A DNA stretch of 64,000 nt, taken from Octopus sinensis. Its lineage: Eukaryota. Of this stretch, positions 1 to 12,589 are shown one piece after another; the first letter of the stretch is position 1; the number at the start of each line of letters is the position of its first letter. The notes under the pieces are model-generated. The model was not told the origin of the DNA. It saw nothing but the letters and a program-made list of their open reading frames with translations, and made no database searches. The DNA is taken from positions 74,772,001 to 74,836,000 of the forward strand of contig NC_043008.1 of NCBI RefSeq assembly GCF_006345805.1. The letters are read 5' to 3'. The translations under genes and the position numbers were made by a program.

Positions 1-1918
1 TTATTATTATTATATTTTGTTAGGCAACCACAGACCTTATAACACAAAGGCTGCCTTCTTCAGCACACAAAAACTCTTCTAATGATAGTCACTGTCATTG
101 CTTAATCATTGATCAGGCCTCATCCAGCAACTATAGACATAGCATCTTTTATTTAGACCTAGTGTATGTAGGACTGCATCATCTAATATAACCAACTTTT
201 ATTTTATATGAGAGTAGGTTTTGACACAGCTATTATTTCTAACAGGGGAAATAACTATAGGGAGTTATCTTCACTGACACATCCTGCCCAACAGAGTTAC
301 CAGGAGAAAGATTGTCACAATAATGGTGTCCAACCAAACCACAGCTGGTTGAGGCAGCTTGTAACTATTGTAAAACTTCAGAGACTAACATCAGCTTTAA
401 GGAATTTGGAAGTGCTTAAAATGTGTATTTCATGTTTGGTCTTTGCATCTGCAACACCCCACCCAAGGTTTTCCTAGCTGAGCTCGGCACCCTGGCCCTG
501 TCTCCTGCTGGAGAGCTTTGGGCTGGGTTCCACTGCAAATTGCAAAAACACTTGGTTATTATGCAATATTATCTCTGACTACAGAAATGAATTCCATCTC
601 TTTCATTGGGATTGGGATTAGATAAGAATGCAGGGCATTAGAGCCCAGTACATTGTTGGTGGCTGTATGTTGGTTTTCATTGTGGTGGTTCTAGTGGTGG
701 TAGTTATGGTGTGGTAGTGGTTATGGTGGTGGCAGTAGTAGTTGTTGCAGTGGTTATGATGATGTAGATGTGGTGGTGACGATGATGATGAATATGATGA
801 TGATGTGGTGGTGGTGATTATGACAGTTCCCCAGCTAAATTTCTACGAAACAATTTCTTTCCTCCTACATTCATAACTAATTTATTTATACTCAAGTTAT
901 CTCCCCTTTTATATATTACATATATTTTAAACTTTTCCTTTTTATGCCTTTTATCAGCTTTTGTTTGAAATTTCAATTTAATAACTATATGGACATTTTT
1001 CTCCTGAATCAGTGTTGACAGAGGTGGTTGTGGGGGATTGTTATTTAATATAGAAATTCAAATTGAAATTCAGAGGAAAAAATAATCATATTTGAATTTC
1101 AATCTTTTTCATACACATTCTGCTGAGGTTCAAATTAATCTTAGAAAAACTTTTCTGTAATTTCTGCTGCAATTTCTATCACGCCTCCCATTTTTTCACT
1201 TTATCATTATCATCATCACCACCATCATCCTCTCATCTTCACTACAATCATCATCATTATCATCGTCATCGCTGTCATCATCATTAACATTGATTTACCA
1301 TTCTGTCATAGAGCAGAATGGTGTGTAGTCACAGCATAATCACTACTTCTCCTGAGCTGCATCATCATATCAGAGAACTGACTTCACAACTTCTTCCTAT
1401 AATTCTTAGGTTTTTTATTAACTTCCTATGGTCATCATATTACGCAGACCATTATTTAAATAAAAGTGACTACATGATTCCTACTCTATTAATTCTATAA
1501 ATTTTGCATAAATATTTCACAAGCATTCCTGTCTTTTTTCCTACCTATAGCCTTTAGTAAGAATTAAATTTAAAATCTAGAATTTATCCACAATCTTGTG
1601 AGTCCAATAAGTTAAGATATTGCTGACACCAAGATATGATGCCATTTTGCCTTTTATACCTGCTGAGTATGGGAGGAATAAGCAGTACCCATGGCTTTTA
1701 CAGGATCTCTATAGACTGATAAGATGGATGCTATTAATTTTTCTCTTGACCCTTTGTAAGTCAACACCAGTAGGAAAGATCTGAAGAGGGAGAGAATTCC
1801 CAAGGGTCAGCATCTGGGAAGGACTGGGCTTAATGATTAAGGCAAGTCCTAATGCAATAAAAGTGATGGGAAGAGAGATGAGTGGAAGAGAAATACCTAG
1901 GAGCAGAGGACATTATTA

Positions 1919-2120
1919 TACAAGGGGGTGTTGAAAATTTTCTGGCATGAATGGTATCACAAAAGACCAGTCTGGAGGCCCAACCTTCTGTGTTCTTTTA
2001 CAGGACTTAGGAAAACTGAAGAACCATTGCAATGAGTGTGTGAATTTGAGAGGGGAATGTGTTGAATAAAATCATAATTAACTGATCCTCCTGTACTTTC
2101 TTTTACCCAAAGTCAAAAGC
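1919..2120 (+). mobile_element. mariner-derived MITE, older copy
   Basis: Starts TA-CAAGGGGGTGTTGAAAATTTTCTGG. Carries a mariner C-terminal remnant (C..CVNLRGECVE*). Colinear with the copy at 53459-53676. Confidence 0.7.
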
Positions 2121-2609
2121 TGTACAAGGTGTGCTATATGACACAGACATACGTTACACAAACTTTTTGGTGGCTCACAGTGGCATTGTTTTTAGTAAAT
2201 GCAGTGATGATACATAAGCTACAAGACACTAGTCAAAAGGAGGTATTGAACCTGTATACTGTTATTTCTTGCATTCAGTCATTGTTCTATTTTTTTTATA
2301 TAGTTTGAATAAAATTTATGATTGATTATTAATTCGTATTTAGTATTTAGTTAACATTGGATGGGTTAGAGATGATATGAATAAATTTTATGAGTCATGA
2401 TAGAAAATAAAGGTTACACATTATTGTTATAGATATGATACAAGTAGGTTTGTGTGGTGGACATGTTTGAATCCACTACTGGTGGGGCAGGTTCCCTTGA
2501 AGTGTTGTTGTTGTTTAGACTCAAGTCAAGTCTAAGTAACCAGTCAAGGAGGTGGTCATGTTAAACTCTGTGATTGACTATGTCTATCATCCAAGAACAG
2601 CATCAGTCA

Positions 2610-2715
2610 CTCTGATGAGCTTCCATACAGTTTCCATCTTCCAAATTCCCCTCAAATGACCTTTATAATTTGAGGTTATTGTAGAAGTCACTTGTCCAAG
2701 GTACCACACCATGAG
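2610..2715 (-). mobile_element. SINE family A fragment
   Basis: Reverse complement matches the CCTTGGGCAAGTG-CTTCT...GAATTTGG core seen in the copies at 4899 and 16485. Confidence 0.5.
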
Positions 2716-3689
2716 TTCCTTTCAAAAAGATGTGTAGGAAATAAAAGAATTGAAACAAGAAATTAACAATAATCCTACAAGACTGTTTTTACTTTTTTAG
2801 CAACATCTGAAAGTGAAAAAGTTAGAATTGTCTTGAAGATTTTAAAGAATACAAATAAAGTTAACATAACCTTCATTTGAACTTGCGAATAATGGTTATA
2901 ATAGAGTTTCCTATTTCTGTATGGATGATGCTGTCAATGTGTTTGGAAAATTGATAACGATTCCAAGAATAAGTCACAGACAGTATCTTCATATACAGGT
3001 CTATAGGAGGAACTGTTTGTTCATTTGAACGACAAACTTTAGTTTGGAGTCAGTAGTGAGGAAAGTCATGAGAAGATGAAGTGGTAAGTTTTATATCTAA
3101 TAAAGAATTGATTAAATGGACTGTCTGGTGCCAATTCTTTAGAAAGATTAAAAAAAACATCAATAAAAAAACAAAAACAAAAAGAAACACTATTGATTGA
3201 ATCTATTTCTATAAAATAAAGAATTTTCTGTTTTCTTCGGTTGTCTTTTTCATCATATTTCCAGTTTCTTTTGATATTAATGGTAATTTACAATGATGCT
3301 TTAATACAGATTTTTGTGTATATTTCTAGCAAGTGCCGATATTTTTGAAGTTGATTTTATTTCATGGATAGTTTCTTCATGTCTGGATATAAATATAAAG
3401 TTAGTTCGATACTCCTACCATACTCACAACTTTTATTATATTCACTACTACCACTCTCACATCAGCCATTGCTCCTGCTACAATCACTCCTCCCACCATG
3501 ATCACACTATTCCCACTTTGTCACTACTCCTGCTACACTTATAAATTCAGTTAGTTACATAGTAAGATATATTCCAATATGGTCACTCTATAACCACTAC
3601 AGCCACTTGTTAGTCAAATATAAATATAGTTAGTAACTTAGTAACGCAGGTAACCAATGTCAAAGAGTGTTAAAAGAATGTCAAGATTG

Positions 3690-4860
3690 GCTTTTCTGAG
3701 TCTGTTGAAATGAGATTGATCAGAAGAGATTCACTTCATTTGGATTCTAGAGGAAAACCAGCAGAATTGTTAACAGTAGCAATTCATTTTTAGGCACAGT
3801 TCTCAATGGGTCTGATGTTATTTTATCATTATCAAACAAAACCAAGCTAATTGCAAAGAAATTGGTTTCAAATTCCATGTTAAACTACTCTAACCATTCT
3901 TTGTTAAGCATTCCCACTTATACTAATTGCCTTATTTCTGACTCTAGAGTACCACTCAAGTAGGTTTCCAGACTTATAAATCATTCTGATCCATGAAAAG
4001 CAACCGACATAAAATCCCAGTTATTCTGTTGATAAATCTATTCCCAGAGATACATCCTAATTTCTAACAAAGATATTTAGTCATTGTATGTAAAAGTGCT
4101 TCTCTAGTTCTCCCTGTTTTCCATTTTGACTATTTTGCTTTATCTCAGCAATTAGCCTACTGGACATCAAAAGTAAGCTGTCTGAATCTATCATTAACAA
4201 GCACATCAATATATACTTGACTGAAACCAACTACCTTAATGACAAGCAGTATGGCTTACTATCTTCTCGGTCCATGACTGACATACTATCAGTTGTCACT
4301 TATAGAATAAGTAGCTCACTGGATAGTAACTTTGATATTTGCGCTATTTTAAAACATCTCCAAAACATCTGATATTGATATAGTAGAGGACTACTTCATA
4401 AACTGACCAACTATGGCAAACGTCTAGAGTGGGAGTTTTTCCCCACTGTCAAATCATACCTGCTGCCCCAGGGATCTCTCCTGGAGCCTGCACTATTCCA
4501 GCTCCTTGTAAATGATTTATTTACCAGACACAGTAATGAGATCCTTCAGTAACAAGTTTGCTGGTGATCCCTCACTTCACAGTTTCATTTCTGAGAGGAC
4601 CTAGCAGGAAACCATTTATGTGACTTAACTGGGATTGTGAAAAGGCATTTAACATTTAATTCTTTCAAAACCAAGTTAGCATCTTTCTCTATTCATCATA
4701 AAATGTCTGATCCTACCTTCTATTTTAATAGGTATGACTGCTTTGAATGCATCCACCTTATACAGATAGACTCTTAGGCCTTAAATACACATAATATTTA
4801 AGAAGAGACCTCTAAATCTGTTTCCATAGTGGTTTCATTAAAAAGTCTTCTTAACACCTG
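3690..4860 (+). mobile_element. Decayed APE-type LINE ORF2 (CR1/L2/Jockey-like) RT region
   Basis: Frameshifted translation gives RIVNS...KTKLIAKKLVSNSML, ISLLDIKSKLSESIINKHI...LNDKQYG...SRSMTDIL, LLHKLTNYG and PQGSLLEPALFQLLVNDL, then FAGD (degenerate YADD). Confidence 0.7.
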
Positions 4861-4898
4861 AAGTTTTATTCAGTCTCTACAAATATACAAGTATAACA

Positions 4899-5258
4899 AT
4901 GTGGTAAGAAGTTTGCTTCCCAACTACATGGTTCTGGGTTCGGCCCCACTTCATGGCACCTTAGGCAAGTGTTTTCTACTTTAGCCTTAGACCAAAGTGT
5001 TTTCTACTTTAGCCTTAGACTTTAGCCTTGGACCAGAAGTGAATTTGGTAGACAGAAAGTAAAAGAAGCATCTTTGAGTATGTGTTCATCCCCCACCACC
5101 ACTGGACAACTAGTATTGGTGAGTTTATATCCCTGTAACTTAGCAGTTTGGCAAAGGAGACAGATAGAATAAGTACCAGGCTTTACAAAAAAAAAAAAGA
5201 AAAAGAAATGGTACTGGGGTTGACTGCAGTCTAACGAGTGAAACAAAGTAAAAGATAA
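4899..5258 (+). mobile_element. tRNA-type SINE family A
   Basis: GTGGTAAGAAGTTTGCTTCCCAAC head, GGTTC B-box-like motif, CCTTAGGCAAGTG core and GAAACAAAGTAAAAGA tail. Contains an internal ~25-bp duplication of AGTGTTTTCTACTTTAGCCTTAGAC. Confidence 0.85.
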
Positions 5259-5878
5259 ATGGAAGACTGTTTACACACTTGACCAGCTCTGATAGATTTG
5301 CACTGTGCACTTTTGATAGAAGGCATAATCATATTCATTGTCCAGTTGGTGATGAACTCTTTTCATTACTCCAAGAGTTTTGTCAACGATGGAACGTTGC
5401 ATATTTAGCTTTTTTTCCCCATTTCTTCTATGGAAGGTGTTCAGATGAGTATCATTCCTTGGTCGCACCAGTCTAGGAATTTTGAATCAACACTTGGTTT
5501 GGTAATTTTATTAAACTGGATCTGTGCTTCCCTGATACCTCTTGAACACTCTACAAGTTCCAGGCACATGAAACTAGTAGCAATTTTCCCTTCACCTAAG
5601 GAATAATAGAATAAACTCTCTACTCCTTGTTTTTATGTAGAGTATAGCCTTATTCTTTGTAAAGTCAAAGTTTAACAAGTACCTGGCTTAATGTTGACAA
5701 CTTCATTTTAATATTTTTAATCAGTTTTGTTTTCATCATCAGTTCATTTCATTTCATTTTATTAGCTCCTTTATTCTCATCTTACTGTATTTATAGCCAT
5801 TAGTTTTTTTATTAACTTAGTGTATTTCATTTCATTCTTTTGTGAATTATTTTATTGCTTCTTTGTTTGCTGCTTCAA

Positions 5879-5879
<1 letters not shown>

Positions 5880-5914
<35 letters not shown>

Positions 5915-6010
5915 GTATGTATGTATGCATGTATGTATGTATGTAAGTATGTATGTATGTATGTATATATGTATGTATGTATGTATGTTATGCATGTATG
6001 TATATGTGCA
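5880..6010. repeat. (TATG)n microsatellite
   Basis: Direct reading. Confidence 0.95.
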
Positions 6011-6081
6011 GATTTGTATGTTTTGTTTTATGCATGTATTCCCGTGCATGTAATTGCATATCTAGACATGTTCATATATAT

Positions 6082-6630
6082 CTAAATGATAAACTTCTGG
6101 AAAGTTTTGCAGATTTTTACAGTTCCAGTGATGGACTGGATCTGTAGTCTTCAAATTAGCTTTCTCCTTTCTGGTTTTGAGAAGCCTAATTTCTCAAGAT
6201 TGGTATTTAGGTATGTGTTACATAACCCAAGGCCCCAATAATTACAGATATTAACCTGAACTTGTAATCTGGATAGAGAAACTGCAGATTTCTCTATAGT
6301 TCAGTGTAGGCATTCTCTTTTCACTAATCTTCAGCTTTACATTAACATCCACTGAGCAACTAATTTTCACAACTCTGCATTATTTCCCTTCTCTATCCCA
6401 AATCATTATATCAGGTCTGTTGTGCTTACATTTTATTGAAGTTTTCACTGGGACATTCCACCAGTACTCCTTTTAATTATGAGTGGCTATGGCTTCTACC
6501 ATACTATGGGTTCTTGTTTCTTTGTCGTCGGGGTTATCCTTCCAATGTATTTCATTATAGAGTGTCCTAGCTACAGCATTCTCATCCATAGATAATACCA
6601 AGATGGTATTTTCAGACAGCTGCTTATGAT
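6082..6630 (-). mobile_element. 3' end of an RLE-type (R4/Dong-like) non-LTR retrotransposon, restriction-like endonuclease domain
   Basis: Minus strand reads HNRPDIMIWDREGK.C.VVKISCSVDVNVKLKISEKENAYTEL.RNLQFLYPDYKF..ISVIIGALG ... RLQIQSITGTVKICKTFQKFII*. This shows the RPD...E/K...K..Y motif and the typical IIGALG and terminal motifs. Confidence 0.8.
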
Positions 6631-6631
6631 T

Positions 6632-7200
6632 TGTGTGTATGTGTATGTATGTGTGTATGTGTGTGTGTGTGTGTATGTGTGTGTGTAATAAGTTGTTGTG
6701 GCATGAATGTCACTACTTTCTAGAAGTGGCTTGTAAGCATTGCTTGGGGTGGATTTGGGCAAAGAAAAAAGAAATCATCACCATAACCACAACCATTGGT
6801 ATCACCATAACCATCATCAACATCCTCATCACAAACAAGATCAGCATCAACTCCTCCCATTCTTTCTCATTATATAATTAATGTCTAATCAATATTAATA
6901 ACAATCTCTGTGAGGAGATAAAAGATTTTTAGGGAAAGTGTTTGAAGTAATTATAGTTGTTGTTGCTATTGTTTCTGCTGTTGATTGTATTGTTTGTAAG
7001 TTGTTGCTGTCACTATATGTCTTTATTGTATTTATTGCTGTTGTTGCTGGTGCTCTATGTCTTATTTTATATATTGATGTTGATGTATAAGATATATAAA
7101 ATGTTAATGTTGTTATTGTTGTATATATTGTTATTGTTGTAACTACATTAATGTTCTTGATGTATATATTGTTGTTACTATACATATAAATGTTGTTGTT
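6632..7200. repeat. Compound simple repeats: (GT)n, (CAT/ACC)n, degenerate (GTT)n
   Basis: Direct reading. Confidence 0.85.
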
Positions 7201-7434
7201 TTAATAAGCAAATTGTACAAATTAATTACATTTTCTCCTTTTATATCTTTACTCGTGTGGGAGCAGCAGAAGTCTGTGTGTTTGTTTTCTGTTGTTATAT
7301 TTTAATACAACTTAACGTGTGCATGTATCCGGATATATACACGTGAGACTATATAGGGGTGTCAGCATTTGTATGTAATACAGAGTATCTACTTAGATAA
7401 TAGATAGGCAGAAATATACACACATGTGTACAGG

Positions 7435-7915
7435 CTGTATAGGCTGTGACTGCTGTGGAATGCACAAATTTGAAAGAAATGAAACTAGTATGCCTCACTG
7501 GATGTGCAATGTCAGTGTGCATGTACAAGAGAGTGTGAACATCTTGAGAGGAAAGTAGGCACCAGAGACATCAGATGTGGTGTGCAAGAGAGATGACTGA
7601 GCTGGTGTGGTCGTGTGATGTGTATGGATGAAGACAACTATGTAAAGAAGTCTCTAACTGTGGAGGGAACCTGTGGTAATGGTAGAATCAAGAAAGCATT
7701 TAATGAGGTGGTGAAACATGATCTTTGAATGTTGAACCTCATGGAGATGATGACAAGTGACTGGGGCATTTGGTGATATGCTATGATTGAGAAGATTCGT
7801 CAAGCTAAGTGAAATTATAGTCGTAGCTGATGCTGGTGTCATGTGACTGGCACTTATGCTGGAAGCACATAAAAGCACCTGTACTAGTGGCAAGTAAAAA
7901 GCACCCATTACACTC
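7435..7915 (+). mobile_element. RTE LINE 3' fragment
   Basis: Reads LHWMCNVSVH...DIRCGVQER.LSWCGRVMCMDED.YVKKSLTVEGTCG, homologous to the C-terminus of the RTE at 25434-28340. Confidence 0.75.
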
Positions 7916-7935
7916 TTGGAATATATATATATATG

Positions 7936-8573
7936 TATAAAAATACAGTGTACATTTAAACTCATAAGAGATGGCCATAACAGGATATCTGACCTGCTAG
8001 AAGGGGTAGTTAAATTGCTAACCACTATTAGGAGTAATTTCGAAAGGGAATTGAAAGTAAAAACATTTACCCTTTATTTCCTATACCATGGTTCAAGATA
8101 TCTTCAGCAAATAAAATAATTTACTTAGCGAAGCTCTCGTCAGTAAGAAATCCAAGATTAACATATAAAGACGAGGTGATACAGAACATGCCTCGTGTTT
8201 ACATGTTATAATTTTTCAAAATCCACTGCGGAAGTGCTGTTTTTTATCAGCAGCAAATACAAAAAATGCTGATTTTCTTCCAAAATTAGCCAAAAATCAT
8301 TATATCATTATTAAATTCTAGGGTAGCAAAAAAAATTAAGAAAATTTCTTTGTTACCAGTGGTCTTGTGAGAAGAAAAAAACTAGCCAATAGACTATATA
8401 TTATTCATATAAAAATACAGTGAACATTTAAACATATCAGAGATGGCCAAAACAGGACATCTGACCCGTTAGAAGGAGTAGTTAAACTCCAAAGCACTAT
8501 TAGGGGTAATTTCGAAAGGGAATGAAAGATAAAAACATTTACCCTCTATTTTCTAGAGGGTAAATGTTTTTAT
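7936..8573. repeat. Dispersed ~140-bp direct repeat pair (7936-8079 and 8408-8550)
   Basis: TATAAAAATACAGTG.ACATTTAAAC...GAGATGGCCA.AACAGGA.ATCTGACC.G.TAGAAGG.GTAGTTAAA...GTAATTTCGAAAGGGAAT.GAAAG..AAAAACATTTACCCT occurs in both. Confidence 0.85.
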
Positions 8574-8714
8574 TTTTTTTTTATGTTTTAATTTAACAGA
8601 CTCACTGGTAAAATTTCCACTCATTTACTTATTGATTTTCCTAAAATTTTCATTGCATCTTGCAACCTTTTCAATAGTTGTTGACTGTCCATTATTCAAG
8701 CTGCATTCTTTTTG

Positions 8715-9245
8715 TTTGTTTGTGTGCATGTGTGTGGGTCAGTGCATGTGCGCATACACATGTCTGTATGTATGTATGCATCTATGTAAGCATGCATGCA
8801 AGTGTGTGAATGCATGTATGTATGTGTGCATGTGTGTATGTATATATGCATGTGTATATATTTGTATGTATGTATTCTGTATATTCATGTGTTGTGTTTT
8901 CATGTTTGTGTTTTTATGTGTATGTTTGCATGTGTGTGTGTGCCTGTGTGTGTGTGAGTGTGTGTGTATGTATGGGTTTTTGTGACTATGTACTGTGTCT
9001 GTATATATGGATGTGTATCTCCATATGTGTGGGCATGTCTCCATATGTGTCCTTGTGTGAAGCGAATTGTGTGCGTATATGGTCATGTTTTTCAGCCTTC
9101 ATTTGTGTATGTGTATGTATGTGTGCTTGTCTGTTCATATAGCCTATATACCTATCTGTCTACTTTCATATCCATATGCCTACATACATGTGCATATACA
9201 TATACACATATACACACACATACACACACATACATCTATTTACAT
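8715..9245. repeat. Degenerate (TG/TATG/CA)n microsatellite field
   Basis: Direct reading. It explains five overlapping spurious ORFs. Confidence 0.9.
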
Positions 9246-9310
9246 AACAGTCCACTAACTATTCTACCTGTATATAAATATAAACTGTAGTTATGGGGGG
9301 GGGTGATTAT

Positions 9311-9650
9311 CTACTACATATATTTCCTATTTAGTGCTGGGGATGTTTCATTTATGAGGACATACTCCTGTACACCTGTATTCCTGTATTTGTCTGAGTG
9401 TTGGTTCCTTTGGGTGCTTGGATAAAATGTGGATGTCAAGTTGACCCAGGTTGCCTCCAAATTGGTCTTTGTGTGTTGGTAGAGTATAGAGGACTGTTTT
9501 TTGTTGTCATATTGTCTCAAATGTTCATTTAGTCTTTCCGCAATGCTCCTAGATGTCTCCCCTATGTATGTCATGTTCATGTCTTTACAAGCACCTTTTT
9601 TGCATCTTATGCTGTAGACTACATTTCTAGTATATAGAAAGTTGCATAAA
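9311..9650 (-). mobile_element. Penelope-like element GIY-YIG endonuclease fragment
   Basis: Reads RNVVYSIRCKKGACKDMNMTYIGETSRSIAERLNEHLRQY...SILYQH...E.VLINETSPALNRK. Shows VVY..CxxxC..YIG, the catalytic R, and the terminal LN motif. Confidence 0.85.
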
Positions 9651-10130
9651 ATTTGTGTCTCTTGTACAAATATTAGTGAAGGTCATCATTCAGGGTCACG
9701 CTCATTTCTCATATCAAAACACAAATTCTTTTGCTCAGACCTTCCATCACCTTATTCTGCAGTTGTTGGATGAATTTCAGTTTGCTGATGCAGTCAGAAT
9801 GTCTACTGTGTCCATTCCTGTTGGCCACAGCTTCATATTCTCTGTTGTAAGTCTTACAGCCCTTACAGTGTTCACAGAGCATTGAGTAGGAATGATGATG
9901 ATGGTATTTTGATACTCAGCATGAATCATCATGATACAGGTAACTCTTCTCCAATATTCAGCTGGCTCCCAGCCCTCCAAATCAGTTAACTTTTTCTACA
10001 CTACAACTTTAATCTTTACACTCTCCAACTCCGTTGACTGTTCATCAATGCATCAAGCTGTTCTTGAAAATAGAAAACATTAAAAAATCATCAAATTTAG
10101 CTCAAACATTCATATATATGCTCATATAAA

Positions 10131-10492
10131 TATGGCAGGCTTCTTTCAGTTTCTGACAACAAAATTCACTCACAAGGCTTTATGCAGCCCAGGCCATAGT
10201 AGAAGATACTTGCCAGAGATACTAAGCACTATGTATTTAACCCTTTCATTACTGAATTTATTTTGTGATGCTCTGTGTTTCTTTCAATTATTTTAAATAT
10301 AACAAAGAATTTAATAAAATAACTTTGTTATCATTCAGCTAGTGTTAGGAACATAAATTGTGAATAAGGTTTGGTGGAAGATTTTAATTAAAAACTTATG
10401 GAAACAAGACATGTATATTAAAGAGCCAGAGCTGGTTTCAGCCGGGTTGGTAACGAAAGGGTTAAGAAGTAAACTTCTTACCACACAGCCAG
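10131..10492 (-). mobile_element. SINE family A interrupted by a MITE
   Basis: SINE core at 10131-10236. The SINE head (CTTCTTACCACACAGCC) resumes at 10466-10492. Confidence 0.7.
10237..10465. mobile_element. TTAA-bounded MITE (piggyBac-like ends)
   Basis: TTAACCCTTTCATTAC ... GTAACGAAAGGGTTAA terminal inverted repeats, 15/16 match including the TTAA. Confidence 0.8.
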
Positions 10493-10919
10493 GCCAACAA
10501 TAGAAGTATGTTTGTATGTATAATGCCTATCACAGAAGATATGAGTTCATGTTTACATGGGCAGCCTTCAACTTTTTATGTTCAAAGAGCTTTCTAACCC
10601 AATATTTACACACTATTATTTATAGATTTTCTGCTTGGAAATCCACCATCCAAAAAAGGACTTTTATATACATATATTTCTTACATATACATTATATATG
10701 TACATGTGCATACACAGACACACACACATGCACACATCTAAACACAGACATATATTTTATGGCATAAATATATATTTGCATATACATACATAGAGTCACA
10801 CAAATATTCTCACACACACACACATACGTGGGTGAATGTGTATGTAAGTGTTTATCCGTGAATCAAAACAGATATAATCTTAACATTTGTTTCACTAATT
10901 TATAAGTTTATGTGTGATT

Positions 10920-10956
<37 letters not shown>

Positions 10957-11069
10957 CTGTGTGTGTAAATCTCAGTGTATCAAGCCAGCAATAAGTTTTA
11001 TTCTATACCTCACTAATTTATCAATACTCAATATACATATATGCATGCTCTAATAAATATGTGTTTGTG

Positions 11070-11123
<54 letters not shown>

Positions 11124-11145
11124 ACACACACACACACACACGTTT
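10920..11145. repeat. (GT)n, (TCTA)n and (CA)n microsatellites
   Basis: Direct reading. Confidence 0.9.
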
Positions 11146-11302
11146 GTGTATGCCATATTTACAATTACGTAAATGCATTGTAAAAATCACATTTTATCTT
11201 CAAAATTACCTCATATGTCTTACAAATGAGTTTGTATATTATATGCATACACACACACACACACATATGTACACCACATAGTTCTGTATATTATACACAT
11301 TT

Positions 11303-11628
11303 AAAAAGACTCCGCCGGTTACGACGACGAGGGTCCCAGCTGATACGATCAACGGAACAGCTTGCTCGTGAAATTAACGTGCAAATGGCTGAGCATTCCA
11401 CAGACACGTGTACCCTTAACGTAGTTCTCGGGGATAATCAGCGTGACACAGAGAGTGACAAGGCTGACCCTTTGAAATACAAGTACAACTCATTTTTGCC
11501 AGCTGAGTGGACTGGAGCAACGTGAAATAAAGTGTCTTGCTCAAGGACACAACGCGTCGCCGGGAATCGAACTCACAACCTTACGATCATGAGCCGAATG
11601 CCCTAACCACTAAGCCACGCGCCCTCAC
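11303..11628 (-). mobile_element. Young tRNA-derived SINE family B with CORE-like motif
   Basis: Minus strand: A box TGGCTTAGTGG, B box GAGTTCGATTCCC, then TGTGTCCTTGAGCAAGACACTT. CpG-rich. Same head as 43665. Confidence 0.9.
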
Positions 11629-12589
11629 TACATATGTTGTATATAAGTCTATATATTATATACATGATACTGTACATTATATATATTATACATTGCACAC
11701 ATTGTAAACATGTACAAATTTTTAATTTGAATCTGTTGGATGCAGTGTATCACAAAAGTGGTGACATTTTAATTTTTCTTCTCTTTAACTGCTTCTCTCC
11801 ACTTCAGTTTTTATGAAATGTTAAGCAATAAAAAGGATTTTGTAAAAACAACTTTATAGCATTTGTTCTTGGTAACAAGTTCTTGCAGCTGTGCATTAAT
11901 GAGGTAAGTCTACTTTGGTGAAAGTGCTGCAAATGGACATTCCACATTTGAAACGAGGATATTGTCAACATGCACATTTGGTTGGATGGCTATAGCTACA
12001 GTCTTTTAAATATGTAGTTTACTTTGAAAATGCAGAACTCATGTCACATATTCATTGTTTCATGGAAATTATTGCACACTGACTTGTTCACAGGTTACCA
12101 CAATATTAACCCCAGAATGCTTTCAAGCATCTACACTCTGGAGAACAGCTCTGAATATTGAAATTAGCTGAAGAAGGAAATCATGAAGCAACCTTTCAGT
12201 TTTGAATCGGTAAATCCATTATTTATTTGTGACAAAAAGGAAAGGAAAAATTAAAGCACCACATTGAGAAGGTGAAGAGAATTTAGAAGAAAAATTTCAG
12301 AGAATGAGCACATCATAAAATAATAAAGTCTCTTTAATCTTATGAGATAAAAGTCAGCCCACCAAAGTTGGTGACAAAATAAAATGCACTAAATGCATTC
12401 TTTGAATTGGTTGGTGCAGTAATGGCATCCAGGTATAGAAACCAAATGCCAAAATGAAAATAATGAACGAGGCATGCTACTTCTTTTTTGTATGTACATA
12501 TGCATGTGTATGTGTGAGAGAGAGAGACAAAGAGAGAGAGTAAGTATGTGAATGTGTGTTGTCATGTATGTGTAAGTGGCTCTCAGAAA

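Noticed and set aside
11555-11628. tRNA genes at SINE heads (also 43668-43745 and 16485-16560)
   Set aside because: A and B boxes are present, but no complete acceptor stem is evident and each continues into a SINE body.
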